From: Candidatus Heimdallarchaeota archaeon
Lineage (GTDB): Archaea > Asgardarchaeota > Heimdallarchaeia > Heimdallarchaeales > Heimdallarchaeaceae
Assembly (NCBI GenBank): GCA_019057815.1
Contig: JAHLWR010000006.1
Span: 96,001 to 160,000, forward strand
Direction: 5' to 3'
Length of the DNA stretch: 64,000 nucleotides
Shown here piece after piece: positions 1-10,198 of the stretch (its first letter is position 1; each line of letters opens with the position of its first letter). The notes beneath the pieces are model-generated. The model was not told the DNA's origin, did not search any database, and saw only the letters and a list, made by a program, of their open reading frames with translations. Both the position numbers and the translations under genes were made by a program.

Positions 1-229
1 GTTGTTCATGTATTTGTCGTGTAACTTTATTTAAAACTTCATTAAAACTCAATATGCCCCACCTTTAACACTCAACAATGTACAAACTATATAGAAACAA
101 TAGCTCTCCTTTTACATTTAATGGTAATAGGCAAATAGAGATGAAAAAACGTATTATTTATATCTTTTGTTTTAAACCACGAGCCGGTTTCTTTATACAA
201 AGAAAACTATTAATCTTTAGAAAAAGGAT

Positions 230-778
230 CTAACCAGCTTTTCTTAGGTAATAACCTCTATCAAATGGTTTTTGTTCATAACCTTTAATAAAAACAGTAT
301 TAGGTTCTACTTCTATTAGATTCCGAGAACTAATCTGTGCCTTACCTACACCATAATGTAGTCCATCTTTACCAATTACTATAACTGTGTCATTTTTATT
401 AAATTCTCCAAAAGCCTTCTTAACATTACTTGTAAAAATAGGTTTTCCATAAAGGAATTGGTCGGTTTTTATTTGAACAATTTTGGAAGTGAAGTCTTTC
501 ATCAAACTAGATCCTTCTACTTCAAGTTGAAATTTATTTTCCCAAATACTACCTAAAGGAATGCCAGCTGAGAACACTTTCACTCTAAGAGCTGATAATA
601 TTTGGTTGACTTTTTTGTTAACTACAAATACCTCTTTTGTTTTTCCTTCCTTAATCCACAAAAACCATTTTTCCAATTCTTTTAATGATGCTTTTCCGAA
701 ATATTTTTCGAAAAACGAGTAGATTATTTCCTTTTCTTTCTCATCACTTCGTTGAAAAACAACTTCGTTTTGCATCAT
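230..778 (-). CDS. NIP7-like PUA-domain ribosome biogenesis protein
   Basis: SAGIPLG, QFLYGKPIF and DTVIV..GVG PUA pattern, C-terminal DRGYYLR; overlaps the upstream Nop2-like gene. Confidence 0.8.
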   Translation of the reverse strand: MMQNEVVFQRSDEKEKEIIYSFFEKYFGKASLKELEKWFLWIKEGKTKEVFVVNKKVNQILSALRVKVFSAGIPLGSIWENKFQLEVEGSSLMKDFTSKIVQIKTDQFLYGKPIFTSNVKKAFGEFNKNDTVIVIGKDGLHYGVGKAQISSRNLIEVEPNTVFIKGYEQKPFDRGYYLRKAG

Positions 779-1740
779 ATTTTCACCATTTTTACTATAA
801 AAAAGCCTTCTCCATTTGTTTTATGTGGGTAGAGGCGTTTAGCTTTGCTCAATTCAGGATTTATTTGGTAATCTTTGAACTTTGTCAATCCTGTATCTCC
901 ACAAATTTCTATTGTTTTAAGCTCTAAATCTGCTATCTCAAGTACCTTAGAAATAACAATTTCATTTTCTTCAATTTCAAGAGAACAAGTACAATAAACT
1001 AGTTCTCCTCCTGATTTCAAAACTTCTAGAGCTTTACTTAGGATTTCTATCTGGTATCGATTGAAATTTGTGAGATCGGTTAGAGTCTTTGATGATTTTC
1101 TTGTGTGATCTGTAATAATGATACCTGAACCCGAACAAGGAACATCTAGTAAAATTTTATCAAATTTAAGATTAAGTTCTTTAACACCTCGTGCATCCAT
1201 ATTTAAAACAATTGTATTTGCAACTCCCATTCTTGATAGATTCGCTTTTAAGGATCTGCAACGTTTTGAACTTATTTCAATTGCAACAATAGTGCCTTCA
1301 TTTTTCATTATCTGAGCTAAATGAGATGTCTTTCCTCCTGGTGCAGCTGTAAAATCGCCCACTAATTCGTTTGATTTAGGATTAAGTAACATCGCAGGGT
1401 ATAGAGAATTTTTTCCTTGTAGCATATAATATCCATTAAGATACTCAGGAGTGGCTCCTAGAGGAAAAGGTGATTCTAATACTTCTCGTCCCTCTGGTAA
1501 GTGTTCATCGATTTTTTTTAATTTAATGCCCTTTTCGTGTAATTTTCGTAAAATTTTGCTAAATGGTGCTCTTAAACTGTTTAACCTTATTGTTTTAGGA
1601 AGTTTTTTTTCATTAAAAAGAAGTAATCTCTTTGTACTTTCAGTACCCAACATTTCAACATAGCGTTCAATCATATACGGGAGATAACCATATTTGTCAC
1701 CTAAATCATATACGTCTGCATGGTTATCGTTTGGTGTCAT
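775..1740 (-). CDS. NOL1/NOP2/Sun family RNA m5C methyltransferase
   Basis: AAPGGKT, DVPCSGSG (motif IV Cys), YCTCS (motif VI Cys), EGFF. Confidence 0.95.
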   Translation of the reverse strand: MTPNDNHADVYDLGDKYGYLPYMIERYVEMLGTESTKRLLLFNEKKLPKTIRLNSLRAPFSKILRKLHEKGIKLKKIDEHLPEGREVLESPFPLGATPEYLNGYYMLQGKNSLYPAMLLNPKSNELVGDFTAAPGGKTSHLAQIMKNEGTIVAIEISSKRCRSLKANLSRMGVANTIVLNMDARGVKELNLKFDKILLDVPCSGSGIIITDHTRKSSKTLTDLTNFNRYQIEILSKALEVLKSGGELVYCTCSLEIEENEIVISKVLEIADLELKTIEICGDTGLTKFKDYQINPELSKAKRLYPHKTNGEGFFIVKMVKI

Positions 1741-1825
1741 TACATTTTCATTCGCTTTAAGATGTTTAACTTTTTCCTCTCATAGTTAAAGTATAAAAAC
1801 TACCTATGTATTTTACATTACAGAG

Positions 1826-2902
1826 ATGAATAGCGTTAATAATGAATTCAAACACATTGTGATGCCACAAATGCTATCTTTGGGAGCTAATATGTTGCAA
1901 AGTTTGCCAGAGATTATTGATCGTTTATCACTTGGTAACAATATTCTATTAATAACAGATGATTACCTTAGAACAAGACTTGCAAAAGATGTAGAAAGTA
2001 TTTTAGAAGATAGTGCGAAAAATGTTACTGTTAGTATTATTAAAGACAGTACTCTTGAAGAAGTAGATTCTCAATCAGAAATATTGCAAGAAGCTAAAAC
2101 AGAATTTGTCTTGGGTTTGGGTGGAGGAAGACCTATTGACATTGCAAAATTAATTTCTTTTAAAGCGAATCAAAGGTTTATATCTGTTCCAACAATTTGT
2201 TCTCATGATGGTATTGCAAGCTCGAGAGCATCAATAACTGGAAGTGGAAAAAAACACTCTATTCAAGCGCTTCCACCTATTGCTGTAGTTGCCGATACTA
2301 AAATATTGGATCAATCACCTTATCGTTTTTCAGCAGCTGGATGTGGTGATATTCTCTCAAAAAAAACTGCTATAAAAGATTGGCTTTTAGCTCATCGTTT
2401 AAAAAATGAACCAATAAGTGAGTACTCAATAGCACTTTCTCAGATGACTGTTACTTTAATCACTGAAAATGCTGATGTTATAAGAAGTCAAGTAGAAGGA
2501 TACACTAGAATTGTAATTAAAGCTCTCCTTAGTAGTTCTTTAGCAATGTGCGTTGCTGGTTCTTCAAGACCAGGGAGCGGGTCAGAACATATGTTCAGTC
2601 ATGTATTAGACGCCATAGCTGTAAAGCCTGCTCTTCATGGAGAACAATGTGCTCTTGGTACTCTAATAATGGCTTATTTACATGATTTGGACTGGAAAAA
2701 TATTAGATTAATTATGCAAAAGATTGGACTCCCCATTAAAGCAAAGGATTTGGGTCTATCTGAAGAAGAAGTGATTGAAGCTCTTAAAACTGCTCATTCT
2801 ATAAGACCTGAACGCTTTACAATTCTTGGCAAGGAAGGGTTAACTCATAAAGCAGCTATTCGTGCAGTCGAAACAACTGGAATAATAGAAGATATATCGT
2901 AA
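1826..2902 (+). CDS. egsA: sn-glycerol-1-phosphate dehydrogenase
   Basis: GGGRPIDIAK, PTICSHDGIAS, SGSEHMFSH, HGEQ motifs. Confidence 0.95.
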   Translation: MNSVNNEFKHIVMPQMLSLGANMLQSLPEIIDRLSLGNNILLITDDYLRTRLAKDVESILEDSAKNVTVSIIKDSTLEEVDSQSEILQEAKTEFVLGLGGGRPIDIAKLISFKANQRFISVPTICSHDGIASSRASITGSGKKHSIQALPPIAVVADTKILDQSPYRFSAAGCGDILSKKTAIKDWLLAHRLKNEPISEYSIALSQMTVTLITENADVIRSQVEGYTRIVIKALLSSSLAMCVAGSSRPGSGSEHMFSHVLDAIAVKPALHGEQCALGTLIMAYLHDLDWKNIRLIMQKIGLPIKAKDLGLSEEEVIEALKTAHSIRPERFTILGKEGLTHKAAIRAVETTGIIEDIS

Positions 2903-2943
2903 GGGACAATATTAAAAAAGTCAAGTCTTAAAAATGTCTCAGA

Positions 2944-3381
2944 ATGGTTATTACGCTCGTAGAAAAAAACATAGCAAAAATTGGATATATATTTACACAT
3001 GTTGGAGAAACACAAACCTGTGAATTTTGCCTATTGAGGCATGTTTGTATCGATTCGCTTGAAAAAAACAAATCTTATACAATAAAATCCATTATGGGGA
3101 AAGAACATACTTACTTAATTGATGATAGTAAAATGATAGTGTGTAATGTTGAAGAAGCTAATTATAAGATAACCATTCAAAACACAAAATTTTTGGACAA
3201 TATTGTTATAAAAAGAGCATCCATTAATTGTAAAGAAGTTATTTGTGAATATTACGAAAACTGTTTGCATCCAAATTTTGAGGAACAAGCCAAGATAAAA
3301 ATAATAAGGAAGATTAAAAAAATCAAGTGCCCACTTGATTTAAATCTGATTCTTATTGAAGCCAGAAAAATAGACGAATAG
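2944..3381 (+). CDS. UPF0179 family Cys-rich protein
   Basis: ITLV start, CxxCxxxxxC, later CxxxxCxxxxxC and CP; typical neighbour of egsA. Confidence 0.8.
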   Translation: MVITLVEKNIAKIGYIFTHVGETQTCEFCLLRHVCIDSLEKNKSYTIKSIMGKEHTYLIDDSKMIVCNVEEANYKITIQNTKFLDNIVIKRASINCKEVICEYYENCLHPNFEEQAKIKIIRKIKKIKCPLDLNLILIEARKIDE

Positions 3382-3382
3382 T

Positions 3383-4081
3383 TCATTCTATTTCAAAGCT
3401 TTCAATGAAAGTAACATGGGTATATTTTTTACTAATTTCACCAAGATCACGAGCTACTCCTGCTCGTGTGAATTGAATGAATTCCATGAAGCGAGTAAAT
3501 TTTGGGAGTTCAACTATGAGTTTTTTATCCTTAATTTTAATGATGGCTTCGGAGAAATCTACACCTGGAAGTCTTTTTTCTAATAGGCAGATAAATTGCT
3601 CCTTGATATCATCTATCTTCTTTACAACTTCTACTTCATATATTAAATCGATGCCTGCTAAATCGTGATTAAAATCAACCTTCACTCTACTACTAGATAC
3701 CTTCTGAATTGTACCTCTTTCACCGTTAAGTTCAACTTTAAGCCCTTCTTTTGGTTTAATTGACAATCTTTGGAATTCTCTTCTTTGTATTAGCCTGATT
3801 TTTGATCTATCACGCAATCCAAAACCCTTTTTCGCTTCCAGACTTATAGTTTTTTTCTCTCCTTCTTTCATGCCTATTAATTGTTCTTCCAATCCCACAG
3901 GCAACCAGTTTTTTCCTAAGATGACTGTAAACGGTCTGTAAATGACTTTTTCATCATAAATGTTTTCGCGTTTTGCAATATCCTCGGAAGTAGTGTCAAA
4001 TACCTGATTCTCTTGTTTTTTTCTGCCTGTATAATTGATTTTTACCATATTACCTGCTGTAAGTGTAGTCATTAAATTCAC
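3383..4081 (-). CDS. Long-type FKBP peptidyl-prolyl isomerase (SlyD-like)
   Basis: VKINYTG, FDTT, GLEEQLIGM, VDFNHDLAG; archaeal C-terminal extension. Confidence 0.93.
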   Translation of the reverse strand: MNLMTTLTAGNMVKINYTGRKKQENQVFDTTSEDIAKRENIYDEKVIYRPFTVILGKNWLPVGLEEQLIGMKEGEKKTISLEAKKGFGLRDRSKIRLIQRREFQRLSIKPKEGLKVELNGERGTIQKVSSSRVKVDFNHDLAGIDLIYEVEVVKKIDDIKEQFICLLEKRLPGVDFSEAIIKIKDKKLIVELPKFTRFMEFIQFTRAGVARDLGEISKKYTHVTFIESFEIE

Positions 4082-4129
4082 TAGTGTATAATCTTCGTTA
4101 ATTATAGTTTGTGCGAATGTATATTTAAA

Positions 4130-4816
4130 TTATGTTTTTTGTAATCTATTAATATTCTTTATTTGTTGGAAAATTCTTTCGTAATCAGAATCGATGCATT
4201 CGGAATCTAGCCCACTGATAAATGACTTTAGAATTACACACTTCCTATGAGCAAGATTTTTTGTAATACGAAAATGCATATGCGAAGGAAGTTTAAACAA
4301 TTTCTCATAAAAATGTTCTTTTGCCTTCTTCAAATCACGTTTGTGTTCAATGCTATAGCTTATTGTACGATACAAACCTATTGATCCTAATGCATCGAGA
4401 GCATCTGCATCTTGGAGAATCTTTGCTTCCTTTGTTTTCGGTTCAATCTCTTTACTATAACGATGAGATAGAATAGCTTCACTAACTTCTTTTATTAACG
4501 GCTCTAAACCCCTTTTCTTTAAGAATTCAGAAACAATCGCTGCGCTAACTTCTGCATGGCATTTTCCAGTTTTTTTCTCAACAATTCTCCCCACATCATG
4601 AAATAAAGCTGCAAGGATTACTACATCTATAGCTCCTCCCAGTTTCTTAGTTAATTTAATACACGTGTTTGTAACTCGAATTGTATGCTCAAGTGAATGT
4701 GAATCACTACTTTCGTCTTCTGCAAATTTATCTACAACGTAGTTATATGCCTCCAGTATTATGCTGGTAAATTGATTGTGATCTGAAAAATATTTTATTC
4801 TGTGTCTTTTTAACAT
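4130..4816 (-). CDS. HD-domain phosphohydrolase
   Basis: H..EH..RV, AALFHDVG, HA, SHR, QDADALDALG. Confidence 0.92.
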   Translation of the reverse strand: MLKRHRIKYFSDHNQFTSIILEAYNYVVDKFAEDESSDSHSLEHTIRVTNTCIKLTKKLGGAIDVVILAALFHDVGRIVEKKTGKCHAEVSAAIVSEFLKKRGLEPLIKEVSEAILSHRYSKEIEPKTKEAKILQDADALDALGSIGLYRTISYSIEHKRDLKKAKEHFYEKLFKLPSHMHFRITKNLAHRKCVILKSFISGLDSECIDSDYERIFQQIKNINRLQKT

Positions 4817-4819
4817 TAT

Positions 4820-5467
4820 TTACATCTCTTTAATGTCGTGAATGTTGTAGATTTTTCCTGTAACAGTGTAAAGCTCATCAATAGATATAATCGCATAATT
4901 TCCTATTGTAACCGGTCCTGGGTTGATTAGAACACAATCATTAATTCTTGATATTACTGGTGACTCATGAATGTGTCCCGCAATATGAAGGAAAATGTTA
5001 GTATATTTTTCAAGAACATTTCTTACTACCAACGAACCTCGGTGTTTGTTAAGTGAAACTAAATCTGTTTCTGTTCCATATGGAGGAATATGGGTAATTA
5101 AACAAACCTTTTCCTTCCTTCTATGTAATTTTTTTAAAGAAGCTTTTTTTATTTTGGGTTTATGTGTTCCAAAACCCAAGACTGTAAAGAAATCTAGTTT
5201 ATAGAAGTGAGACTCTAATAGAGTTGCCGGTGATGAAAACGTTTTATCTACTTTTGGGTCACAATTCCCTAGCACGAAGTAAGTTTTTGCGATGTACTTT
5301 GTTATTAAATTAAGAACATTTTCAAGATCATTAATCGTTCCAAAATTTGTTATATCTCCTGCGATAAAACAGAAATCAATACCTTTCTTCTGGTTTCTTT
5401 CCAAAATAGACTTTAAGGCAATCACCTGTCCATGTATGTCTGAAAGAATTAAAACCGTTTTTTGCAA
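4820..5467 (-). CDS. Calcineurin-like metallophosphoesterase
   Basis: SDIHG, GDIT, GNCD, THIPP, GHIHE, NPG. Confidence 0.92.
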   Translation of the reverse strand: MQKTVLILSDIHGQVIALKSILERNQKKGIDFCFIAGDITNFGTINDLENVLNLITKYIAKTYFVLGNCDPKVDKTFSSPATLLESHFYKLDFFTVLGFGTHKPKIKKASLKKLHRRKEKVCLITHIPPYGTETDLVSLNKHRGSLVVRNVLEKYTNIFLHIAGHIHESPVISRINDCVLINPGPVTIGNYAIISIDELYTVTGKIYNIHDIKEM

Positions 5468-5479
5468 TAAATCACCTTA

Positions 5480-6109
5480 TTATAGATAAGAAAGTTCCAG
5501 GAACACAGCTACACCTGAATATTGAAATTGCCCTGCTGTAGTGTCGAAGCTCCACAACTCAAAAACAACTTTAAATTGATTATTTTCTCCTAAAAATTGT
5601 TTTATATTCTCATTTACATATAACGAAATTAATGTAGGTCCCCAGATATAATCTGCTTCAATAGTTTTCGCTACTTCTTTCTCTGCTTTGGTTGCTGAAG
5701 GAAGAATTTTTTCGAAAGTGTTTTGAGCATATAACATGTAACACTCTGAAGGTGGTACAGCGAAATCTAAACTTATTATTTGTGAAAGTTCTGTAATTTT
5801 AACTCGAACTTCGTAATAGTTAACTTTACTACCATAATTTTTCACCATGAAAAATATGGTTTCATTTTGATCTGTATTAATCACAGTAGGATAATTCGTA
5901 GCCAAAAAACTATTTTCTGTTGAATCATACATAAGTAAAGATAATTCAGAAAAATCATTTTCAGGGAGTGAAGTGAAGAAAACCGCAGCAAATGTTGCTA
6001 CAATAACTAAACTAGTGAAAACTATAGCGAACTTTACAATGTTTTCTACTTCTCTTTTTCTAAACATTATTTTTGAATTTTTATTTATGTCCAGTTTAAT
6101 TTTTTTCAT
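5480..6109 (-). CDS. Single-pass membrane protein resembling the C-terminal half of DUF1616
   Basis: One N-terminal TM, then FSELSLL...ATNYP..I and V.N...YEVRVK. Confidence 0.6.
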   Translation of the reverse strand: MKKIKLDINKNSKIMFRKREVENIVKFAIVFTSLVIVATFAAVFFTSLPENDFSELSLLMYDSTENSFLATNYPTVINTDQNETIFFMVKNYGSKVNYYEVRVKITELSQIISLDFAVPPSECYMLYAQNTFEKILPSATKAEKEVAKTIEADYIWGPTLISLYVNENIKQFLGENNQFKVVFELWSFDTTAGQFQYSGVAVFLELSYL

Positions 6110-6641
6110 TCGCTTTCTTCACTTCCGTGTCAGGATAAATAATCTGGAGTTTACCATATTCCTCTTGTTGTTTTTCTTTATACCATGGATAAATCTTCTT
6201 TTTAGTTATAATCCCAAGAAAAACAAGGACTGCACCACCACATACTCCAATTATGGTATTGATGATTTTTTTATTATTTCTTTTTGTGTCAATTAGATTA
6301 TTGATATCGTCAGTAAGTTCATTTAATTGTGATATCGCAAGGTTAGCTTTTCCAATTGCTGTAGTATAGTTTCCGTCTTGAAAAGCTATGTCTGCTTCTT
6401 TAATTATATCTAAAACGTTGTCTGCTACCAGAACACTAGCTTTGATTTCTATGTTTTGCAGATAAGCTTGTTCCAATAATATTATAACCTCAATCAACTT
6501 TTCTTGTGCTTCTTGAATTAGATTCTCAGCTTCTAATTGTGATTGTGCCTGCGTAGTTTGTAAAAATGCAAGCGATATGAAGATCGATAAAATGATAGTA
6601 TTTTTTACAAAAGTGTGAAGTTTTTGCGAATAATGGTTCAT
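6096..6641 (-). CDS. Membrane-anchored helical-bundle protein
   Basis: Signal peptide-like N-terminus (…TTQA), amphipathic helices, C-terminal TM followed by KKK. Confidence 0.65.
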   Translation of the reverse strand: MNHYSQKLHTFVKNTIILSIFISLAFLQTTQAQSQLEAENLIQEAQEKLIEVIILLEQAYLQNIEIKASVLVADNVLDIIKEADIAFQDGNYTTAIGKANLAISQLNELTDDINNLIDTKRNNKKIINTIIGVCGGAVLVFLGIITKKKIYPWYKEKQQEEYGKLQIIYPDTEVKKANEKN

Positions 6642-7300
6642 TCTTTTTCGCCTTTCTTTAAAATAACTTTGTTAAAAACTGTTTCAAGTTTTCCAGAACC
6701 AATTAGAATTCGTAAGGCAGAAGATAAAAGAAGTAATACAATAGTAACTAAGCCTATAGATACAACAAAAGAATAATCATCAATCACCCAATAAGTATCA
6801 AGCGATATCCCGGTGAAAATGACGATACCGATATTAACCCCGAGAGCTAATAATATTCTCTCAAATTGATCTATTGTCTCGTACAATTTTGGGAAAAGAA
6901 GATTAGCAAAGGTCCATCCAGGGATGAAAAGGCAAAACAACAAACCAATTATCGTGCGTAAAAAAATGACAGGGGAATCCCTTTGGACTAAAAGAACTAG
7001 TGGGAAAAAAATTAGAGTAAAAGATAATATGACCCAGAATTCAACTGAATAATAATGGAATCTTAAGAAGAAATTTCTTAAAGTAGAAGGAAGATTTCTT
7101 TCAATTCTAGTGGCACCTAAATGTATCTTTTTTTCCTTCTCCATCTGTTGAATTGCACCATATATCTCAGTTTTCTCTAAATCAGTCTTTTTTTGAACAA
7201 GATGAACCAATCTTCTTACAGTGTTAGGGCGCTCATCCCTTAGAGTATCCTGAATCAATTGCTTAGTTTTTGCTGTTTTTCCTGTCATATCTTCAAACAC
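6638..7300 (-). CDS. Membrane protein with HTH-like N-terminus and DUF1616 N-terminal TM region
   Basis: R..IGLLF.LFIPGW....LFP, ERILLALG; about 4 TM helices. Confidence 0.7.
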   Translation of the reverse strand: MFEDMTGKTAKTKQLIQDTLRDERPNTVRRLVHLVQKKTDLEKTEIYGAIQQMEKEKKIHLGATRIERNLPSTLRNFFLRFHYYSVEFWVILSFTLIFFPLVLLVQRDSPVIFLRTIIGLLFCLFIPGWTFANLLFPKLYETIDQFERILLALGVNIGIVIFTGISLDTYWVIDDYSFVVSIGLVTIVLLLLSSALRILIGSGKLETVFNKVILKKGEKE

Positions 7301-7363
7301 TAATCGCGATGGAATAAAAAAATGTTTTTGAGGTGTTAAAATAATTGAGCGACAAATTTGCTT

Positions 7364-8536
7364 CTATTCCTCTATTTTAGCCAACGCTTCTTTAAGAGCA
7401 TCAGTTTTATCAGTTCTTTCCCATGTGAAATCAGGATCCTCTCTACCGAAATGACCATAAACTGCCGTTTTCTTGTAAATGGGTCTCTTTAAATCCAATT
7501 CTTTTATTATGGAACTTGGTTTGAAATCGAATACTTGATTGAATGCTTTTCTCAGTTTTTCAATAGATACTTTCTCGGTTCCAAAACAATCTATATTAAT
7601 TGCAAGGGGTTCTGGTACCCCAATTGCGTATGCTACTTGCACTTCACATTTGTCTGCAAGACAAGTGGCTACAATATTTTTAGCGGCGTAACGAGCATAA
7701 TAAGATGCTGATCTATCTACCTTTGAAGGGTCTTTCCCTGAAAATGCTCCTCCCCCATGACTATCAACTCCACCGTAGGTGTCAACGATTATTTTTCTTC
7801 CCGTTAAACCTGAATCTCCTTGGGGTCCACCTATAACGAATCTGCCTGTTTTGTTGATGAGAATCTTTGTTTTCTCATCTATCATCTTTTCTGGTATAAT
7901 TGGCATAATTACTTTTTCTATGATTCCTTCTTCGATTTCTTCTATTGTTACATCTTCTGTGTGTTGTGCAGCAATAACAATGGCATGCACTCTTATGGGC
8001 GTTCCATTATTATACTCTACAGTCACTAAACTTTTTCCATCTGGTCTGAGAAAAGGTAAAATGCCTTTTTTTCTTACTTCTGCCAGCTTTTGAGTTAATT
8101 TGTGAGATAACACAATTGGTAGAGGCATATATTCGGGCGTGGTATTTGTAGCATATCCAAACATAATCCCTTGATCACCAGCTCCTTGTTGTTCAGAGCC
8201 ACTTCGTTTAATCCCTTGAGCTATATCTGATGATTGAGAATGAATAACATTAATTATGGCACAACCTCTGTAATCAAAACCAATCGATGAATCATCATAT
8301 CCAATTTCTTTGATAGTTTCTCTGACAATTTTCTGATAATTAATATTGATTGCATTTGTTGTAATCTCTCCCCCTATAACAACTAGTCCAGTTGTGACAA
8401 AAGTTTCACAAGCAACATGAGCATCAGGATCTTCTTTCAGTATTGCATCTAAAATAGCATCAGAAATTTGATCACACACTTTGTCTGGATGACCTTCTGT
8501 TACACTTTCACTTGTAATAAATCTTCTTGTACTCAT
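7364..8536 (-). CDS. metK: S-adenosylmethionine synthetase, bacterial/eukaryotic type
   Basis: [52 protein letters not shown]. Confidence 0.98.
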   Translation of the reverse strand: MSTRRFITSESVTEGHPDKVCDQISDAILDAILKEDPDAHVACETFVTTGLVVIGGEITTNAININYQKIVRETIKEIGYDDSSIGFDYRGCAIINVIHSQSSDIAQGIKRSGSEQQGAGDQGIMFGYATNTTPEYMPLPIVLSHKLTQKLAEVRKKGILPFLRPDGKSLVTVEYNNGTPIRVHAIVIAAQHTEDVTIEEIEEGIIEKVIMPIIPEKMIDEKTKILINKTGRFVIGGPQGDSGLTGRKIIVDTYGGVDSHGGGAFSGKDPSKVDRSASYYARYAAKNIVATCLADKCEVQVAYAIGVPEPLAINIDCFGTEKVSIEKLRKAFNQVFDFKPSSIIKELDLKRPIYKKTAVYGHFGREDPDFTWERTDKTDALKEALAKIEE

Positions 8537-8673
8537 TCTCTAGGCAGCTCCGTCTTACTCATATCTCAAAATGAGTTCGTATACTATAAAATAATTATGT
8601 TCTATAAGATTTGGTGTATTAGAAAAATTTTGCCAAGATAATTTGTATTCTGTTTCAGATTTTTCTCTTAACC

Positions 8674-9336
8674 TTAACTATCTATGTTTGTAAAATCTGA
8701 CATCATTCTCAGCCCCATAATTGATTCAGCTAATTCCTCTTTTGAAGGAATATCAATTGGATTGGGATTCCGAGCTATGTTGGCTAGTTTTGAAGACACT
8801 TTTTCAATTTCATAGAGGTATCTACGGCTTTGACCTTTTTCTAGTAAATCATCTCTGATATCAGCAAGATATTTTGAAATTTTCATTAAATCTTTAAACA
8901 AATCTTGGCTTTCTTCAATTAGCTCTAGAAGATAATCAAAACCTTCCTTCAAAGAACCCTTTTTCGGGTTCAAAGTGTCTTCTAAGTGATTTTCTAAGCT
9001 TTCCACAAGTTTTCGTTCACAGCTTTCACGTTGAGTCTCTCTCTCAACATTGTTTTTTTCAACTACTGCAGTATAAAGGTGTTTAAATGTTTGCTCCAGC
9101 ACTTCTTTGGATTGAAGTTCAGGAATAAGGTGTATTAATTCAGTTTTCATTAGAATTCTTCTTTCATTTTTAAGAAAATAATTATAATCTATTTTGGAAA
9201 TCTTATCTTCTGCTACCAATTTTTTAATTTCTTTTCGAAATGACACTCTGTTTCCTAAACCCTTCCAAAATGAGGGATTAATATTTTGCTTTATTGTGTC
9301 TGAAAGTTCATCTAAGGTTGTCTTTGATGAAGGCAT
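8674..9336 (-). CDS. Hypothetical alpha-helical protein
   Basis: 220-aa ORF filling the gap, charged helical composition, no recognised motif. Confidence 0.6.
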   Translation of the reverse strand: MPSSKTTLDELSDTIKQNINPSFWKGLGNRVSFRKEIKKLVAEDKISKIDYNYFLKNERRILMKTELIHLIPELQSKEVLEQTFKHLYTAVVEKNNVERETQRESCERKLVESLENHLEDTLNPKKGSLKEGFDYLLELIEESQDLFKDLMKISKYLADIRDDLLEKGQSRRYLYEIEKVSSKLANIARNPNPIDIPSKEELAESIMGLRMMSDFTNIDS

Positions 9337-9446
9337 GAGTAAACCTTTCTATTCTCGTTAATAAGAGTTTCTTCCTTTGAAAATGTAGTGAATATTCTGT
9401 TATTTTATCACAAAACATATCAATACAAATATTTTAGTGAATACAG

Positions 9447-10169
9447 ATGAAAAACACTGTTGGGGTTCTGTTTTGTGGTGGAAAAGGAATAAGAATGAGA
9501 CCCCTTACCTATTATATCCAAAAAGTTATGCTTCCTATTTCAGGGAAACCAATTCTGGAACATATTCTTATTTACTTCAAGAAGCATGGTGTTACTGATT
9601 TAATCCTCCTTGTTGATCATATGAAAGAACAGATTCAAGGATATTTTGATAATGGTGAGAGATGGGGTTTAAATTTATCCTATGTTCCCGATAAATCTGG
9701 ACCAAAAGGAACAGGAACAGCCTTGTTAAATGCAAAACAATACATTAAGGGTCGTAGAGTCATTGTTTATTATTCAGATATTATTACAGATGCAAACTTA
9801 AATGAAATGATACAATATCATCAAAACCACGGGAAATGGGCAACAATTCTAGCTACTCGAGGATGGCAAATAAGAGTTGGAACAGCTGAAGTTGACGAAA
9901 ATCAATATGTTAAGAGTTTTAAAGAAAAACCAAAATTAGAATTGCTAGTTAATACAGGGATTAGCATCCTAGAACCAGTAATTTTCGATTATCTGAATGA
10001 ATTTGATTCAAATATTAGCATAGATTTATCAAGAGATATTTTTCCTAATTTTGTAGAGAAAAAGCAAATGAAGGCTTATATTCCAAAGAAATGTTATTGG
10101 GAAGATATTGGATCTATAGAAAGGTATGAAAAATTTGATGTTGAGAAAATAAAAGGCATAATGGAATAA
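9447..10169 (+). CDS. Sugar-phosphate nucleotidyltransferase (GCD1/MPG family, no LbH domain)
   Basis: GGKGIRMRPLT...K.MLP, GTG.AL, FKEKP, WEDIG. Confidence 0.9.
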   Translation: MKNTVGVLFCGGKGIRMRPLTYYIQKVMLPISGKPILEHILIYFKKHGVTDLILLVDHMKEQIQGYFDNGERWGLNLSYVPDKSGPKGTGTALLNAKQYIKGRRVIVYYSDIITDANLNEMIQYHQNHGKWATILATRGWQIRVGTAEVDENQYVKSFKEKPKLELLVNTGISILEPVIFDYLNEFDSNISIDLSRDIFPNFVEKKQMKAYIPKKCYWEDIGSIERYEKFDVEKIKGIME

Positions 10170-10198
10170 AAACCTACTTTGTATTGAACGTGATAATA

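Noticed and set aside
3100-3125. UPF0179 has HTYL where a Cys ligand is often found
   Set aside because: Single substitution that cannot be judged without an alignment
6096-6641. Exosortase substrate (signal peptide, C-terminal TM, KKK)
   Set aside because: No PEP/PGF/PEF-like motif before the TM, and the cytosolic tail is long (about 30 aa)
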